Virus record (IMG/VR): IMGVR_UViG_3300029814_000010
Span: 1-29,322 of that record
DNA length: 29,322 nucleotides
From: a virus
Direction: 5' to 3' (one strand)
The notes below the pieces were generated by a model. It did not search any database, was not told the origin of the DNA, and saw nothing but the letters and a program-made list of their open reading frames with translations. Both the position numbers and the translations under genes were made by a program. Shown here one piece after another: positions 7,801-16,816 of the stretch (its first letter is position 1; the number at the start of each line of letters is the position of its first letter).

Positions 7801-9083
7801 TTGATTAAGACTTGCCCTGGATGTGATTCTGTTGGGTCAGTGCTTGTGTACCAGTTATGGTTGAAACCATTAGCTGACGGGATAAACTCTGGCAACTTTT
7901 TGACAAACTCAGTGAACTCACCAGCTTTAAACTCATCAAGAGCTTTGCTGACGGCACTCTGTACCTTCGCATCGTTGCTTTCGCTAACTCTGTCCCCTAG
8001 CTTAATGTCGCTAGATTCATTGTTTAAGCGATTGAACGTGATCTCAAAGATGCGTGTATCGTAATCAAGGTGCCTGTCATGTCGGACTACTCGAATAGTA
8101 TCGCCAATTTGGACACCTTTAAGATACACTGTTGACGTTTTAAGTGTCAGTTTAGGTCTTGATGACTCAATCAAAGCCTCGTAAGTCTGCTTGATAAGCT
8201 CGTTCTTATCCTCTTCTTCGCTAAATTCGACAAAGCCAATCTTAGGGCGCATCTTGCCGTCTGGTTGTTTAATGCCGTATTTAGCGGTCATTTCTGGAAT
8301 TTCAAGGTATTTCTGACCAAGGGGCTTGTCTAGCGGGTCTCCTTTTGCTTTAGACCAGACAATTTCCTCGAAGTTGATTTTTCGACCATACCCATCAGCG
8401 TCTTTTCCGGTATCTTCCGCTGAGCTGACTTGTTCCCCTTTTCCACGCCCTACCAAGGCAGTGTATAAGTTTGTCTTCTCAACCTCTTGCAGAATTTCAA
8501 GGGCGTTATGCCCGTAAACTACACGCTTTCCGACAGCTTCACCTATTTTGCGCTTGAAATCAATGTATCTAGCACCAATCTGACTGCCGTTCATTTCAAC
8601 AAAGAACTGCATTTCTAAGCCCCACACCTTGCACACTTTTTTCAAAGCATCAAATGTGGAAATGTAATAGAAATTGGTACTCTTTGGGTTTGTTTCAGCA
8701 ACAAACCGAGGGGACCAGTTCGTCCCAGCTAAAAGCCATTCAATAACCGGTCTAGCACGTTGGTCTGTCGGGCGCTTGTCATAAACGACTGTCTTGCGTA
8801 GCTCCTCAATGCCAGACTGAACACCGATAAGCGTTGTGATATCCCCTTTGGTGTTACCTTGGGCAATATAGAAGTAATGGAATTTATGGGTATCGTCGAT
8901 TGACTGAATAGCCATGTATTCCAGTTTTGCCAGTTCGTCATCCTTCAAGGCTTTCATTTCGACAGTCAAGCGGTCTGAAATGTAATTTTCAGTGGTAAGG
9001 CTAAATTTTTGCAAAGCCGTCTTAATTGCGGGCTTACGAATAATCTTGATAAGTTTTTCGTCCTTATCGAATAAATAGATCAT
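4839..9083 (-). CDS. Tail-associated/host-specificity protein (Tal-like N-terminus, coiled-coil repeat shaft, C-terminal carbohydrate-binding-like and fibre-tip domains)
   Basis: 1414 aa directly after Dit, with an ATGA overlap. The first ~390 aa look like the 'phage minor structural protein N-terminal/prophage tail' region. The middle holds ~30-aa repeats. The C-terminal part has a beta-sandwich-like segment (GENLIRNSAF...CYEGTMDRAW). Confidence 0.9.
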   Translation of the reverse strand: MIYLFDKDEKLIKIIRKPAIKTALQKFSLTTENYISDRLTVEMKALKDDELAKLEYMAIQSIDDTHKFHYFYIAQGNTKGDITTLIGVQSGIEELRKTVVYDKRPTDQRARPVIEWLLAGTNWSPRFVAETNPKSTNFYYISTFDALKKVCKVWGLEMQFFVEMNGSQIGARYIDFKRKIGEAVGKRVVYGHNALEILQEVEKTNLYTALVGRGKGEQVSSAEDTGKDADGYGRKINFEEIVWSKAKGDPLDKPLGQKYLEIPEMTAKYGIKQPDGKMRPKIGFVEFSEEEDKNELIKQTYEALIESSRPKLTLKTSTVYLKGVQIGDTIRVVRHDRHLDYDTRIFEITFNRLNNESSDIKLGDRVSESNDAKVQSAVSKALDEFKAGEFTEFVKKLPEFIPSANGFNHNWYTSTDPTESHPGQVLINDSWYKPDPEHEGHTIMYRWTGEMWQEVLRTWDGTGLQDKIKKEFEKVAASMAKQQSEHDRVVAEIAAKATNAETLASSAKSTAEDAFGRLNDIKSEAIAEARYLDSVERAETEKKIAASKKDALSEAVKLVDNAKSTLNTDLSETEKKVEALKGSIGTLSNDTSVQFAKINNTLISVASKQDVDKVSQRVSNAETILTQQAGQISAKASKEDVNAVSGRLNKAESSLTVQAGQITQKANKQDVDTLTGRVNSAETSITQQANEISQRVKISTFNNATQRLATAESSITQLGNKITTEISRVDSKISTEFDKLSKSVAANNTAITQTDNKISLKADRTEVQTVKATADSAVSKGQELERKINQTNAELRVTADAIAQKVSRVDFDNLGNKVTNAETQISTLAGKIETKLSRVDLDSAIDSKGFATATAVTNLIQQSERGTTQLISEVKKQIPSVDTLSVGGENLIRNSAFPENLDDWGVWGPSQTNSNLSTSNHSVYYNNSKPLFLLKGTSRVPAAIGRFSVKRNTLYSLNIQLFASKNINGINIYFLGRKSNEQRENFSKAVVIKTHAGTLSSAQMVKWHSTFDTSDCDEGFIRIDNTGSTNGSQSLLFFTELDCYEGTMDRAWQPSPKDASQEIAVKFNEIKSTVDGFSRTIGEHGRSISQIIQEAEGTVWKVENLEDKWAFNLGVTNKQLDKLGTGLEATKSEMSQIAGSWAVKNLTRSGDVLNQINLNKDGSVKIDGKLVQITGSTYIEDGVISSAKIGELSASKITSGRLNASLIDVVNLNASSVTSGTFTGLNYRGGKIEGLNGSMRVDLNQSEIHFYDNATIEFHNKDNALIRRKGPHTAFVHFNDTPPDEDQNTGSLFAAIGVTSSGDGVNSASSGRFAGLRVYRAARGLEHNAVFDQAELYGDRILLKDDFYIDRGYSFHPASLPKGRWINVTNLAFAAAALARVWQHFLNVGGNGRDPAFINALKNEQATFGKIDHW
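6560..7256 (-). repeat. In-frame ~90-bp (30-aa) degenerate tandem repeats inside the tail fibre gene
   Basis: Repeating unit DV(D/N)xVSxRxxxAE(T/S)xxTQxAxxIxxKxxKx, seen at least 4 times cleanly and about 7 times loosely. Confidence 0.7.
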
Positions 9084-9871
9084 AGACTTTCATCCCTCCA
9101 CTGTACTTCCCGAATAGTCACGTTTTTACCAGTCAATCGGTCCCCGTCTTTAACAAAAAACTGCTCAAGCGGGCTAAATCGCTGCAATTCACTTAGGATA
9201 TTGCGACCATCATAAGTAGCAGTCACTTCTTCGGTGCCAAATTTAATGACGATTTCCTTATTAGCTGCATAGCTACCCTTAAACGATAGCTTGGTTTGAC
9301 CGTTGATAATTTCAAATTCTGTTGCCGCTGTCGATGTCATGGCTACAATCTTCTCGGGTATTACCTTCTTAGCGTAAGTTAGATAAACAACATCGCTAGA
9401 ACGCTCTGGAACCCGTTTTTTATAGCCGTCTGGCACTAACAGGACAAAACTGCTAATAATTGAAAGCCTGTCTTCCTCCACTTCGTCCGCTTCTTTGAAA
9501 ATAGCGTAATAAGTGAAATCCGGCTCATCGTCAAAGGTTACTTCGAGATAGCCGCTAGGGCCTACTTCTCTCAAAATGCGGTTGAGCTCTCGGAAAGAGG
9601 TCCTCATGACTTGACTGGTAACTGTCGTTAACTGATACTTAACTTCAATCTCACGCTCTGAGTCATTAACGCTGTCCACCCAGACACCACGGCGTCCAGG
9701 AACACGAGTAGTTGAAATTTCACGATTGAGCAACGAGCGACCTTTGACTGTAAGCTGTCGATATCCTTGGATGATATCTTCTATAGGTGTCCCGTTGATA
9801 CGCATGTTATCAACCGGCGCTCTTTGCAGCACCGTTGATTCCGTGCGCTTCAATGAAGCATAATCATACAT
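9080..9871 (-). CDS. Distal tail protein (Dit)
   Basis: 263 aa in the invariant position between tape measure and Tal. Confidence 0.8.
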   Translation of the reverse strand: MYDYASLKRTESTVLQRAPVDNMRINGTPIEDIIQGYRQLTVKGRSLLNREISTTRVPGRRGVWVDSVNDSEREIEVKYQLTTVTSQVMRTSFRELNRILREVGPSGYLEVTFDDEPDFTYYAIFKEADEVEEDRLSIISSFVLLVPDGYKKRVPERSSDVVYLTYAKKVIPEKIVAMTSTAATEFEIINGQTKLSFKGSYAANKEIVIKFGTEEVTATYDGRNILSELQRFSPLEQFFVKDGDRLTGKNVTIREVQWRDESL

Positions 9872-9892
9872 TAGCTAAAACCTCTTTTCTCT

Positions 9893-12800
9893 CTAATAGT
9901 TATCAAGCATTAATTCCATTGATTGAGTGTTAGTGATGTCATTAGTAAATGCTCTGTAAGTCGCATCGCCCATTTTAAGGACGATATCCGCTGCTTGTTG
10001 GGTAACTGACATCTTGCCGCCATTGAATGAAACGGATGGGTCATACCCTGCCAAACGACCTAGCTGACCGTCCATGCTACCAAGTTCATCATTGATAGCT
10101 CCGTTGATATCTTGACCAGTGAATGCGTCGATAGCACCTTGAGCCATATAGCGCATTGAACGGGCCACTTGGTCAGCTTTGCTATCAATACCGATGATGA
10201 AACCTTTATCCGTATAGATACCGAATTGACGGAATACACGGGATGGTGATTTGATACCAAGCAAGGCTTTAGCTCCGTTAATAGCATTACTTACAGCACC
10301 TTTAACCGCTGAAATCAGCTTCCCAGCTGCGGATTTTACGCCGTTAACGAACCCGCTAATAAGGTTAGCACCGACGCTTGCAGCTTGCCCAACGAATCCA
10401 CGGGCGGCACTAAGTGCACCGCTGAACGCTGAACGAACCGCTGAAATGATACGCTGACCAGCACTTGTTACCGCTGATACAACGGCACTAAATCCGCTAG
10501 TGATAGCCGACTGGATTGAGCTCATGGCGCTTGATACTGCTGATCTAACAGCACTCCAAGCTGAGCTGATAATGCTCTGAACGGAACTCATAGCACTTGA
10601 AACAATTGACTGGATAGCTGACCATGTACTTGATACAGTGCTAGCTATTGCACTCAATACGCTACTGATAAGCGACAAAATAGCGTTCCAAATTGCGCTG
10701 ATAGTTGCTTGAATAGCAGACATGATCGATGTGATAGCTGATTGAACTTGTGAGAAGTTACCGGTCACCAATCCGACAATAGCAGCCAATACACCAGCTA
10801 AAACAGCTTGAATTCCAGTCCAGATAGCGTTCCAAATTGCACTGATAGCTGAAAGCGTGCTTGAAATAACGCTTGAGATACCAGCCATGATAGGTGACAG
10901 AATGGACATGATTGTATTCCAAACCGTTGAAAAGACAGTCTGGATAACCGTCCACGCTGCTGACCAAATGGACTGGATCACAGCAATCCCAGCGCTAATA
11001 ACACCACTAATGGCAGACATAGCCCCACCAGCGATAGATTGAAGCAACGCCCAAAGCGCTTGGAATGGAACAGCTAACAATGCCCACGCTGCATTCCATA
11101 TAGCAAGAATGAACTGAATCCCCGCTTGGATAATTGGGCCGATAGCATTGATACCGATTGAAACAAGCGACTTGATGCCTTCCCAAACAGTAGACAAGAT
11201 GGTTTTAAACGTTTCCCACGCTCCAGACCAGTCACCTTGCAGAATCTGCATCCCCATCTTGATGATATTTAAAATAACTTCAATGACTGTTGAAATAACA
11301 GTCGTAATCATTTGCCAGCTTGTCGAGAACAGTGTAATTAGCAAATTCAATCCAGTTTGAACCACTGGAAGAATTGCGTTCATGACGTTTTCAATCATGC
11401 CCTTGAACATATTCCAGTAAGTCGTTGCCGTCTGCATAATTAAGGCGTGATTTTCATTCCAGAAGGAAGTCAACTGGCCCCATATTGACATGACAAACGA
11501 CACAATGGCTTGAACGGCGTTAGTAATCGCACTCTTAATAGTTTCCCAAATTGCAATGACTTGCGAACGGAAATTTTCGCTATTATTCCATAGATCAATA
11601 AGCGCAGCTACTACCATTCCGACAGCTAACGCAATCCCGGCGAATGCTGCAAGAGCTGCAGCCGAAACCCCACTGGCAGCACTACCAAATGAAACCATCA
11701 TAGCTTCACCGCCTTCGAAAGCCATCGAAAAACCTTCTACTGCTGCTGCGCCGCTTGAGAAGAACCCTGCAAGCGAACTGATGGCGCCGCCGATTGTGCT
11801 TAATGCAGACACGACGTTTCCGACCCAAATGATTAAGGTCCCAAGTATTGCGATAATAGGCCCCGCTGCTCCAACGATAAGCGCTGCCCATTTAACCCAG
11901 CCGTCAACTGGCAGATTGTCCCAGATAGTGCCTAGAACACGCACCACATTGTCTTTAAATGTGATGATAGTCTGTTTCATGTTTTCCATTAGCTGCTTGA
12001 TATTAGCTTCGTTATTACCGAGACCGGCCACTAAGTTTTCAGCGGCAGCCTTCATGGAATTAAACGAACCGGACACGGTTGTACTCGCTTCTTTTGCAGT
12101 TGTTCCAGTAACACCGAGCCTATCTTGAGTAATACCGATGGCATCAATCAAGGTATGGAATGGGATATCACGGATATTGTCAGCCGTAGCTTCAAATTCA
12201 CCATTTAAGACACCAGACTCATTGACCAAACGAGCCATTTCGGACATGGTACCGCCATAACCAAGTTTCAAGTTATCCAGCATTGAATAGTTGTCTTTTG
12301 CAAAACCTTGATAAGCGTTTTGAATGTCCGTCATGTTAGTACCGAACTTGTTCGCATTATCTGACATTTGGACAAGGGCTTTATCGCCATATTTTGCAGC
12401 CTTGGCAGTATCTCCGCCTAAACCTTGTAGCAAGGTAGCTGAGAACGATGTTACCTGCTCCATATAGCGGTTAGCAGACACACCAGCCGTCCTATAGGCT
12501 CGATTGGCATTCTCGATGACGTTGGTTCCCTCACGGTCCATTGTATTGTAGAGCGCTTGGGCTTGCTGTCTGGTCATGCCGTAGTCTCTAGCAAGGGTGT
12601 TGACGCTTGAACCATTCTGTTTGAACAATGTTGATACACCACCCAAAGATTGCTCAAGGTCTGCATAACCTTTGATTACAGCCGTCAGACCACCGACCAT
12701 CGGAAGTGTGAAAGCTGTAGTCATTCCAGCTCCGACTGACTGCATAGCACTCCCGACTGACTTCAAACTGCTACCAACTTGAGCGAGCATGCCCCCAGAC

Positions 12801-12904
12801 TGACTTCTCAAATCAGCAAGGGCAGACTTGGCAGCGTTGACACCATTAGTGAAATCGCTTGAGTTGGCACGAAGTATGGCCGTAACGTCAAAAGATGCTC
12901 CCAT
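9893..12904 (-). CDS. Tail tape measure protein
   Basis: 1003 aa following the chaperone pair. It has a TP901-type N-terminal core, hydrophobic segments, and a long Ser/Ala/Ile/Trp periodic region. Confidence 0.95.
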   Translation of the reverse strand: MGASFDVTAILRANSSDFTNGVNAAKSALADLRSQSGGMLAQVGSSLKSVGSAMQSVGAGMTTAFTLPMVGGLTAVIKGYADLEQSLGGVSTLFKQNGSSVNTLARDYGMTRQQAQALYNTMDREGTNVIENANRAYRTAGVSANRYMEQVTSFSATLLQGLGGDTAKAAKYGDKALVQMSDNANKFGTNMTDIQNAYQGFAKDNYSMLDNLKLGYGGTMSEMARLVNESGVLNGEFEATADNIRDIPFHTLIDAIGITQDRLGVTGTTAKEASTTVSGSFNSMKAAAENLVAGLGNNEANIKQLMENMKQTIITFKDNVVRVLGTIWDNLPVDGWVKWAALIVGAAGPIIAILGTLIIWVGNVVSALSTIGGAISSLAGFFSSGAAAVEGFSMAFEGGEAMMVSFGSAASGVSAAALAAFAGIALAVGMVVAALIDLWNNSENFRSQVIAIWETIKSAITNAVQAIVSFVMSIWGQLTSFWNENHALIMQTATTYWNMFKGMIENVMNAILPVVQTGLNLLITLFSTSWQMITTVISTVIEVILNIIKMGMQILQGDWSGAWETFKTILSTVWEGIKSLVSIGINAIGPIIQAGIQFILAIWNAAWALLAVPFQALWALLQSIAGGAMSAISGVISAGIAVIQSIWSAAWTVIQTVFSTVWNTIMSILSPIMAGISSVISSTLSAISAIWNAIWTGIQAVLAGVLAAIVGLVTGNFSQVQSAITSIMSAIQATISAIWNAILSLISSVLSAIASTVSSTWSAIQSIVSSAMSSVQSIISSAWSAVRSAVSSAMSSIQSAITSGFSAVVSAVTSAGQRIISAVRSAFSGALSAARGFVGQAASVGANLISGFVNGVKSAAGKLISAVKGAVSNAINGAKALLGIKSPSRVFRQFGIYTDKGFIIGIDSKADQVARSMRYMAQGAIDAFTGQDINGAINDELGSMDGQLGRLAGYDPSVSFNGGKMSVTQQAADIVLKMGDATYRAFTNDITNTQSMELMLDNY

Positions 12905-13239
12905 TAACTACCCCCTTTCTTTTGTTGATTGATGATTCTATTCTTATCAGCTAACGAGAGCGCTCGACTTCTAGGCGCAGTGTCCTCTGGCTTGAATATC
13001 TTACTGAACTCTTTTTCATGGTCATAAAACTCATTAAAGGTCCTGTAAGCTGAGCGAACGCTTTTGCCCTTGCCTTTGGTAGCTTGGACGGTCTGGTTAT
13101 ACCATGCTTGAATTGCTGCGTTAAAACGGATGTCCTCTTGTTTAATTGCGTAGGCGGTATTGTACACCTCAAATTCAACAAGTGTCGTCCTAGCAGCTTC
13201 TACGTAGCTCATGCCGTGCCTTGCAATTAATAGAGCCAT
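12904..13239 (-). CDS. Tail assembly chaperone, -1 frame extension (gpT-like); probably made only as a fusion with the 13281-13622 product
   Basis: This reading frame stays open upstream of its first ATG back to 13336, overlapping the 3' end of the preceding ORF in the -1 frame. There is a TAATG overlap with the TMP start. Confidence 0.6.
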   Translation of the reverse strand: MALLIARHGMSYVEAARTTLVEFEVYNTAYAIKQEDIRFNAAIQAWYNQTVQATKGKGKSVRSAYRTFNEFYDHEKEFSKIFKPEDTAPRSRALSLADKNRIINQQKKGGS

Positions 13240-13280
13240 TGCGTCGTCATAGCTAAAATCATAATCTGGTTGACTGTGCC

Positions 13281-13622
13281 CTACTCTTGAACGTTCATTG
13301 CGAGTTTGAGTAGGGATGACGCTTTTAACTCGTCAATAATAGAGTCGATTGTCTCTTTGTACTTACCTTTGTCAATCAAATCAGCAAGATAGGCTTCAAT
13401 GTCAGCATCACTTGGCTTTTGTGGCGCCGTAATCGTACCAGCTTTAATGATATCCACAAATGCTAACGGGTCATTGATAGCGACACCCGCCGAAATCAAT
13501 GTCATAGCTCCGTAGCCGGTCTTCATGCCTTCAAGCTCTGCTGAGTGCAATTTGTTGATCTCACGTAAAAACGCAAGTCCGAAAATCAAATTAAAGTCTC
13601 GTCCGTTGATAGATAGAATCAT
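13281..13622 (-). CDS. Tail assembly chaperone (gpG-like)
   Basis: 113 aa, acidic, located between the major tail protein and the TMP. Confidence 0.7.
   Translation of the reverse strand: MILSINGRDFNLIFGLAFLREINKLHSAELEGMKTGYGAMTLISAGVAINDPLAFVDIIKAGTITAPQKPSDADIEAYLADLIDKGKYKETIDSIIDELKASSLLKLAMNVQE
13322..13328 (-). promoter_or_regulatory. Candidate -1 programmed frameshift site (TTAAAAG; A_AAA_G Lys slippage)
   Basis: This is the only A-run inside the ~55-nt overlap between the two open frames. It is not a canonical XXXYYYZ heptamer. Confidence 0.35.
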
Positions 13623-13642
13623 GTTTTATTTCTCCTTTATAC

Positions 13643-13670
13643 AAAAAAAGCAAGGGCACAAAGCCCCTGC
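13643..13670 (-). terminator. Intrinsic terminator/attenuator after the major tail protein gene
   Basis: Minus strand: GCAGGGGC-TTTGT-GCCCTTGC (8 bp, one G-U) followed by TTTTTTT. Confidence 0.8.
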
Positions 13671-13677
13671 AGTTAGA

Positions 13678-14220
13678 CTAGATAGATGTCGTTAGGCCGT
13701 CTTCTTTAGCAAGAGTGTGATAGTCGTATTGAGCGCTTGCAACTGCTTTCTTCTGAGCTTCTGTCAAGCTGTCAGTTGAAATAATACCGTTACCATCGAT
13801 AGCCATCTCATAAGAAAGCTCCACTTTGTCGTCAGCGGGTGCTGCGATTTCAAAGTTCTTAAGATAGCCTTGGTAATATTCAACGTCATAGACATCTTTG
13901 CCACCAGCAGCACGTTTAGAAGCAAGGTCAACTTGCCAGCACTCTACTTTATCGCAGGCGATAAACCATTTACGCATTTCACGCCACATCTCAGTAGTAG
14001 CGCCATCTTCACGATATGCAAGTGATACGAATTCCCCAGATACTTCACCGTCTGAAATTGAGTTAACCGTACCGTCTTTAGTTTTGGTAGTTTCAACCTC
14101 TTTTTCAGCATTGAAAGTGTGTTCTGTTTGGAAACGCACCTTAGCAGCGTCTTGCGTCTTTTGGTCTTTCACACGACGGAAGAAGACCATTAGATCTTTA
14201 CCCAAAATAAGTTCTGCCAT
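13678..14220 (-). CDS. Major tail protein
   Basis: 180 aa upstream of the chaperones. Its size and position resemble the phi13-family major tail protein, and it is followed by an attenuating terminator. Confidence 0.85.
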   Translation of the reverse strand: MAELILGKDLMVFFRRVKDQKTQDAAKVRFQTEHTFNAEKEVETTKTKDGTVNSISDGEVSGEFVSLAYREDGATTEMWREMRKWFIACDKVECWQVDLASKRAAGGKDVYDVEYYQGYLKNFEIAAPADDKVELSYEMAIDGNGIISTDSLTEAQKKAVASAQYDYHTLAKEDGLTTSI

Positions 14221-14601
14221 TTATTCCTCCTTTTTGGTATATGTAAATGAAAAATCCAGCACAATGTGTATCAATGGCTGGATGTCTGTATTATCTGGTA
14301 AAACTTGCTTGTCTGTACCAGTTTTTAATAAGTTGTATTCAAACCCTTTGATTCGTTCGCTAGCTCGTTCCAACGTTTGACAGTGAGCGTCTAGCTCTGC
14401 ACGCTGCACTCTAGTCCCGTAGATATGGACGGTTTGTCTTATCGTTCCAAAATTGTCGTTATTGAGCGTAGGTGCTGAGCTATTCTCACCAACGAAAGCG
14501 AAAGGATAGCTTGCGGATGAATCGGGTAAATAGTCGTAAGTTGCCAGTTTCTCACTAGCAATAGCAAATAGATTTCTGAATAAGTCGTGGCTAGGTGTCA
14601 T
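14221..14601 (-). CDS. Tail completion/terminator protein
   Basis: 126 aa in the slot immediately before the major tail protein. Assigned by synteny only. Confidence 0.55.
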   Translation of the reverse strand: MTPSHDLFRNLFAIASEKLATYDYLPDSSASYPFAFVGENSSAPTLNNDNFGTIRQTVHIYGTRVQRAELDAHCQTLERASERIKGFEYNLLKTGTDKQVLPDNTDIQPLIHIVLDFSFTYTKKEE

Positions 14602-14951
14602 TTAAAGGCTCCTTCCATTACTTTTCGGATTTGGTCTGTGAAATAAGGCTCGATTTCTGTCATCATAGGGCGCATGAATGGCGTCCCCGGCTGATAACGT
14701 GTCCCATATTCTTGATAGCCGCTATAAGAGGCAGCTGAATGGATGTGATACTCATCGCCTTTTGGGAGGCCGGTGATTTTACTTTCTAAAAAGCCGGTAT
14801 CTACCGGAGCTTTCCCTTGAGCAATATTAGTACCTTTTTCGCCAGCATTTTTTAAAACATTGTTAGCTTGGGTTCTCATTTTTGCGCTTGCATTCCCTAA
14901 TGCAGCAGCAAGTTCCAAATCCCCACGCCATTCAATCGAAAAGTTAGCCAT
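14598..14951 (-). CDS. HK97 gp10-like head-tail joining protein
   Basis: 117 aa with the motifs PVDTGFLESKI and YQEYGTRYQPGTPFMRP, typical of the gp10 family. Confidence 0.75.
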   Translation of the reverse strand: MANFSIEWRGDLELAAALGNASAKMRTQANNVLKNAGEKGTNIAQGKAPVDTGFLESKITGLPKGDEYHIHSAASYSGYQEYGTRYQPGTPFMRPMMTEIEPYFTDQIRKVMEGAFK

Positions 14952-15252
14952 TTAGCTCACCTCGCTTCAATCGGATTGCCCCTTTTATCGGTGCGTCAAT
15001 GCGTTCGATAGGATAATACTTCTTGCCCTCATATAGAGCATAGTCAAACGGCTTCTGCTCTTGATTGAATCTGCATATCATGACCACGTCCGACCTACTC
15101 CCGTAGGCTTCAAATGCACGCTGTTGGTCAATAAAATTGACTAAACAAGGCACAATCTTGCTAGACTGTGCCTTTTCTTCGTGCTTATCAGTAATCGGGT
15201 TATAAGTCGAAACACCTTGCTTCACTAGCTTAATGCGGTGTGGTGTTTTCAT
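14944..15252 (-). CDS. Head closure / head-tail adaptor protein
   Basis: 102 aa. Assigned by synteny between the gp6-like connector and the gp10-like protein. Confidence 0.6.
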   Translation of the reverse strand: MKTPHRIKLVKQGVSTYNPITDKHEEKAQSSKIVPCLVNFIDQQRAFEAYGSRSDVVMICRFNQEQKPFDYALYEGKKYYPIERIDAPIKGAIRLKRGELNG

Positions 15253-15596
15253 AAGAACTTCACCTTACCTTTTCGAGCTAACGAGCCATCTAGGCCAAAA
15301 TCTTTATCCAGAATCTTTCTGTAAGGCTTGAACATGTCGTCCCAATCTTCATAGGTGACTGAATAGCCGTCTACGTTCTCGGTTTTGACACCTTCTGACC
15401 CCTTACGACCATAGAGCTTGTAAACAACATTTTCGATGATGAAGTGATATCTCTTGTCAATCTCGGTTGTTCCGACTAATGCTTTGAAATAACTCTCGGC
15501 GTCGTTGACTAAGTCTTCAATCAATTCATCCTCAAGATCGTCTTCAACGTCGATACCCAACCGACGTTTAATCTTCTCAAGTTGGATATCGTTCAT
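15249..15596 (-). CDS. gp6-like head-tail connector protein
   Basis: 115 aa with an acidic N-terminus (LGIDVEDDLEDELIEDLVNDAESYF), typical of the DNA-packaging/connector family. Confidence 0.7.
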   Translation of the reverse strand: MNDIQLEKIKRRLGIDVEDDLEDELIEDLVNDAESYFKALVGTTEIDKRYHFIIENVVYKLYGRKGSEGVKTENVDGYSVTYEDWDDMFKPYRKILDKDFGLDGSLARKGKVKFL

Positions 15597-15597
15597 T

Positions 15598-15870
15598 TTA
15601 GACCTCCTCCGCAGCCTTTAGAAGTTCTTCTAAATCTGCTTTTTTCGCTTTGGCGTCATACTCGACACCAGCTTCATCAAGTTTTGCTTTGAGCTCCTTG
15701 ACTGTAAGTTCTTTTGGCGGCTCGACTTGTTCGATACCGCCTTTTTCAAGAACTTCTGCCACACGCTCTTTAGATGGCTCATAGCCTTCTCGTGGGTAAA
15801 CTTCCCCGACTTGATAGATATACTCGTTATCTTGCAAGTCTCGGAATGTAATCTTAGCTTTATAGGTCAT
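15598..15870 (-). CDS. Small head-associated protein with C-terminal HeH/SAP (Rho-N-like) motif
   Basis: LTVKELKAKLDEAGVEYDAKAKKADLEELL at the C-terminus, located just after the major capsid gene. Confidence 0.6.
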   Translation of the reverse strand: MTYKAKITFRDLQDNEYIYQVGEVYPREGYEPSKERVAEVLEKGGIEQVEPPKELTVKELKAKLDEAGVEYDAKAKKADLEELLKAAEEV

Positions 15871-15883
15871 TTAAACCTCCTGA

Positions 15884-16816
15884 CTAGACTCCTACTGGTT
15901 GGATCGCTGCAAATGCTTCGTCGTTTGGAATCGCTACGGCAATTTCAAAGATTGCACGAAGTGCTTGCATGTCTTGTTCAAACAAGTGAACGTCACCAGA
16001 ATCAACTGTGCCATCATTTTGAACTTTAGACAAAGTAGCTTGGTCTGCGATTTTAAGACGCAAGTTAGTACCGTTTGGAATACCGTAAACCAAACCATTG
16101 AAGTTACCAGTGATCAATGTACCTGCTGGGTAAGTTTGCCCATCTTGCAATTGAAGTTGAGAATATGGAAGGCCATCAAGCTCACCGATTGCGTTAGGGT
16201 TAGCTGGTTTAGTGAAGATGTGTTGACCACCGTTAACATTGTCGACGATCCCACGAAGTGTGCGGTTAATAGTGCGGTGTCCAACGAATGCGTTAGGTTC
16301 TTTTTCTGACTTATCTTCCACATCGTAGATGTTATTAAGGTTGATATCCCCAGATACGATGTTTTGAGCACGTTTAGCAGACGCCAAAACATTGGCACCG
16401 AATGGGTTGTTATACAAACCGAGGAATGCTGCCCCGTCGATTTTCTTGTTAAACAAGTCAACAATCTTATCTTTGATTGACTCAAAGAAGTCAGTCCAAG
16501 TGTAGTTGAGGACTTCTTCTGTAACTGGCAAGATAACTGCCAATTTACGAGATTCAAGGACGTAAGATTTGGTTTGTACTTTTGCAGTACCGATTTTTTG
16601 ACCTTCGCCAACAAAGTAAGCGTCTGTCAATTGACCAACTTCAACTCCTTTGCGGACCATTTTGCCGTCCATTTCAACTTTTTGGCCAAGCTGAATAACT
16701 TTTGAAGTTTTAACGAGTTCGTCAGTGAATAGATCAGTGATTTGTTCTGATGTGACCTCTTTCCCAAGAGAATCAGACAATAGGACTGTGTCTGGATTAA
16801 ATTTTTGTTGAGCCAT
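15884..16816 (-). CDS. Major capsid protein
   Basis: 310 aa directly after the scaffold gene, with a strong SD. It occupies the usual position of an HK97-fold capsid served by a separate scaffold. Confidence 0.9.
   Translation of the reverse strand: MAQQKFNPDTVLLSDSLGKEVTSEQITDLFTDELVKTSKVIQLGQKVEMDGKMVRKGVEVGQLTDAYFVGEGQKIGTAKVQTKSYVLESRKLAVILPVTEEVLNYTWTDFFESIKDKIVDLFNKKIDGAAFLGLYNNPFGANVLASAKRAQNIVSGDINLNNIYDVEDKSEKEPNAFVGHRTINRTLRGIVDNVNGGQHIFTKPANPNAIGELDGLPYSQLQLQDGQTYPAGTLITGNFNGLVYGIPNGTNLRLKIADQATLSKVQNDGTVDSGDVHLFEQDMQALRAIFEIAVAIPNDEAFAAIQPVGV

Noticed and set aside
5431-12128. Numerous plus-strand ORFs inside the tail fibre and tape measure genes (for example 5431-5817, 7522-8064, 10251-10457 and 11556-12128)
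   Set aside because: They are antisense shadows of long, well-supported minus-strand genes. Their products are low-complexity (Ser/Leu/Ala/Pro-rich), they lack SD sequences, and they break the uniform gene orientation.
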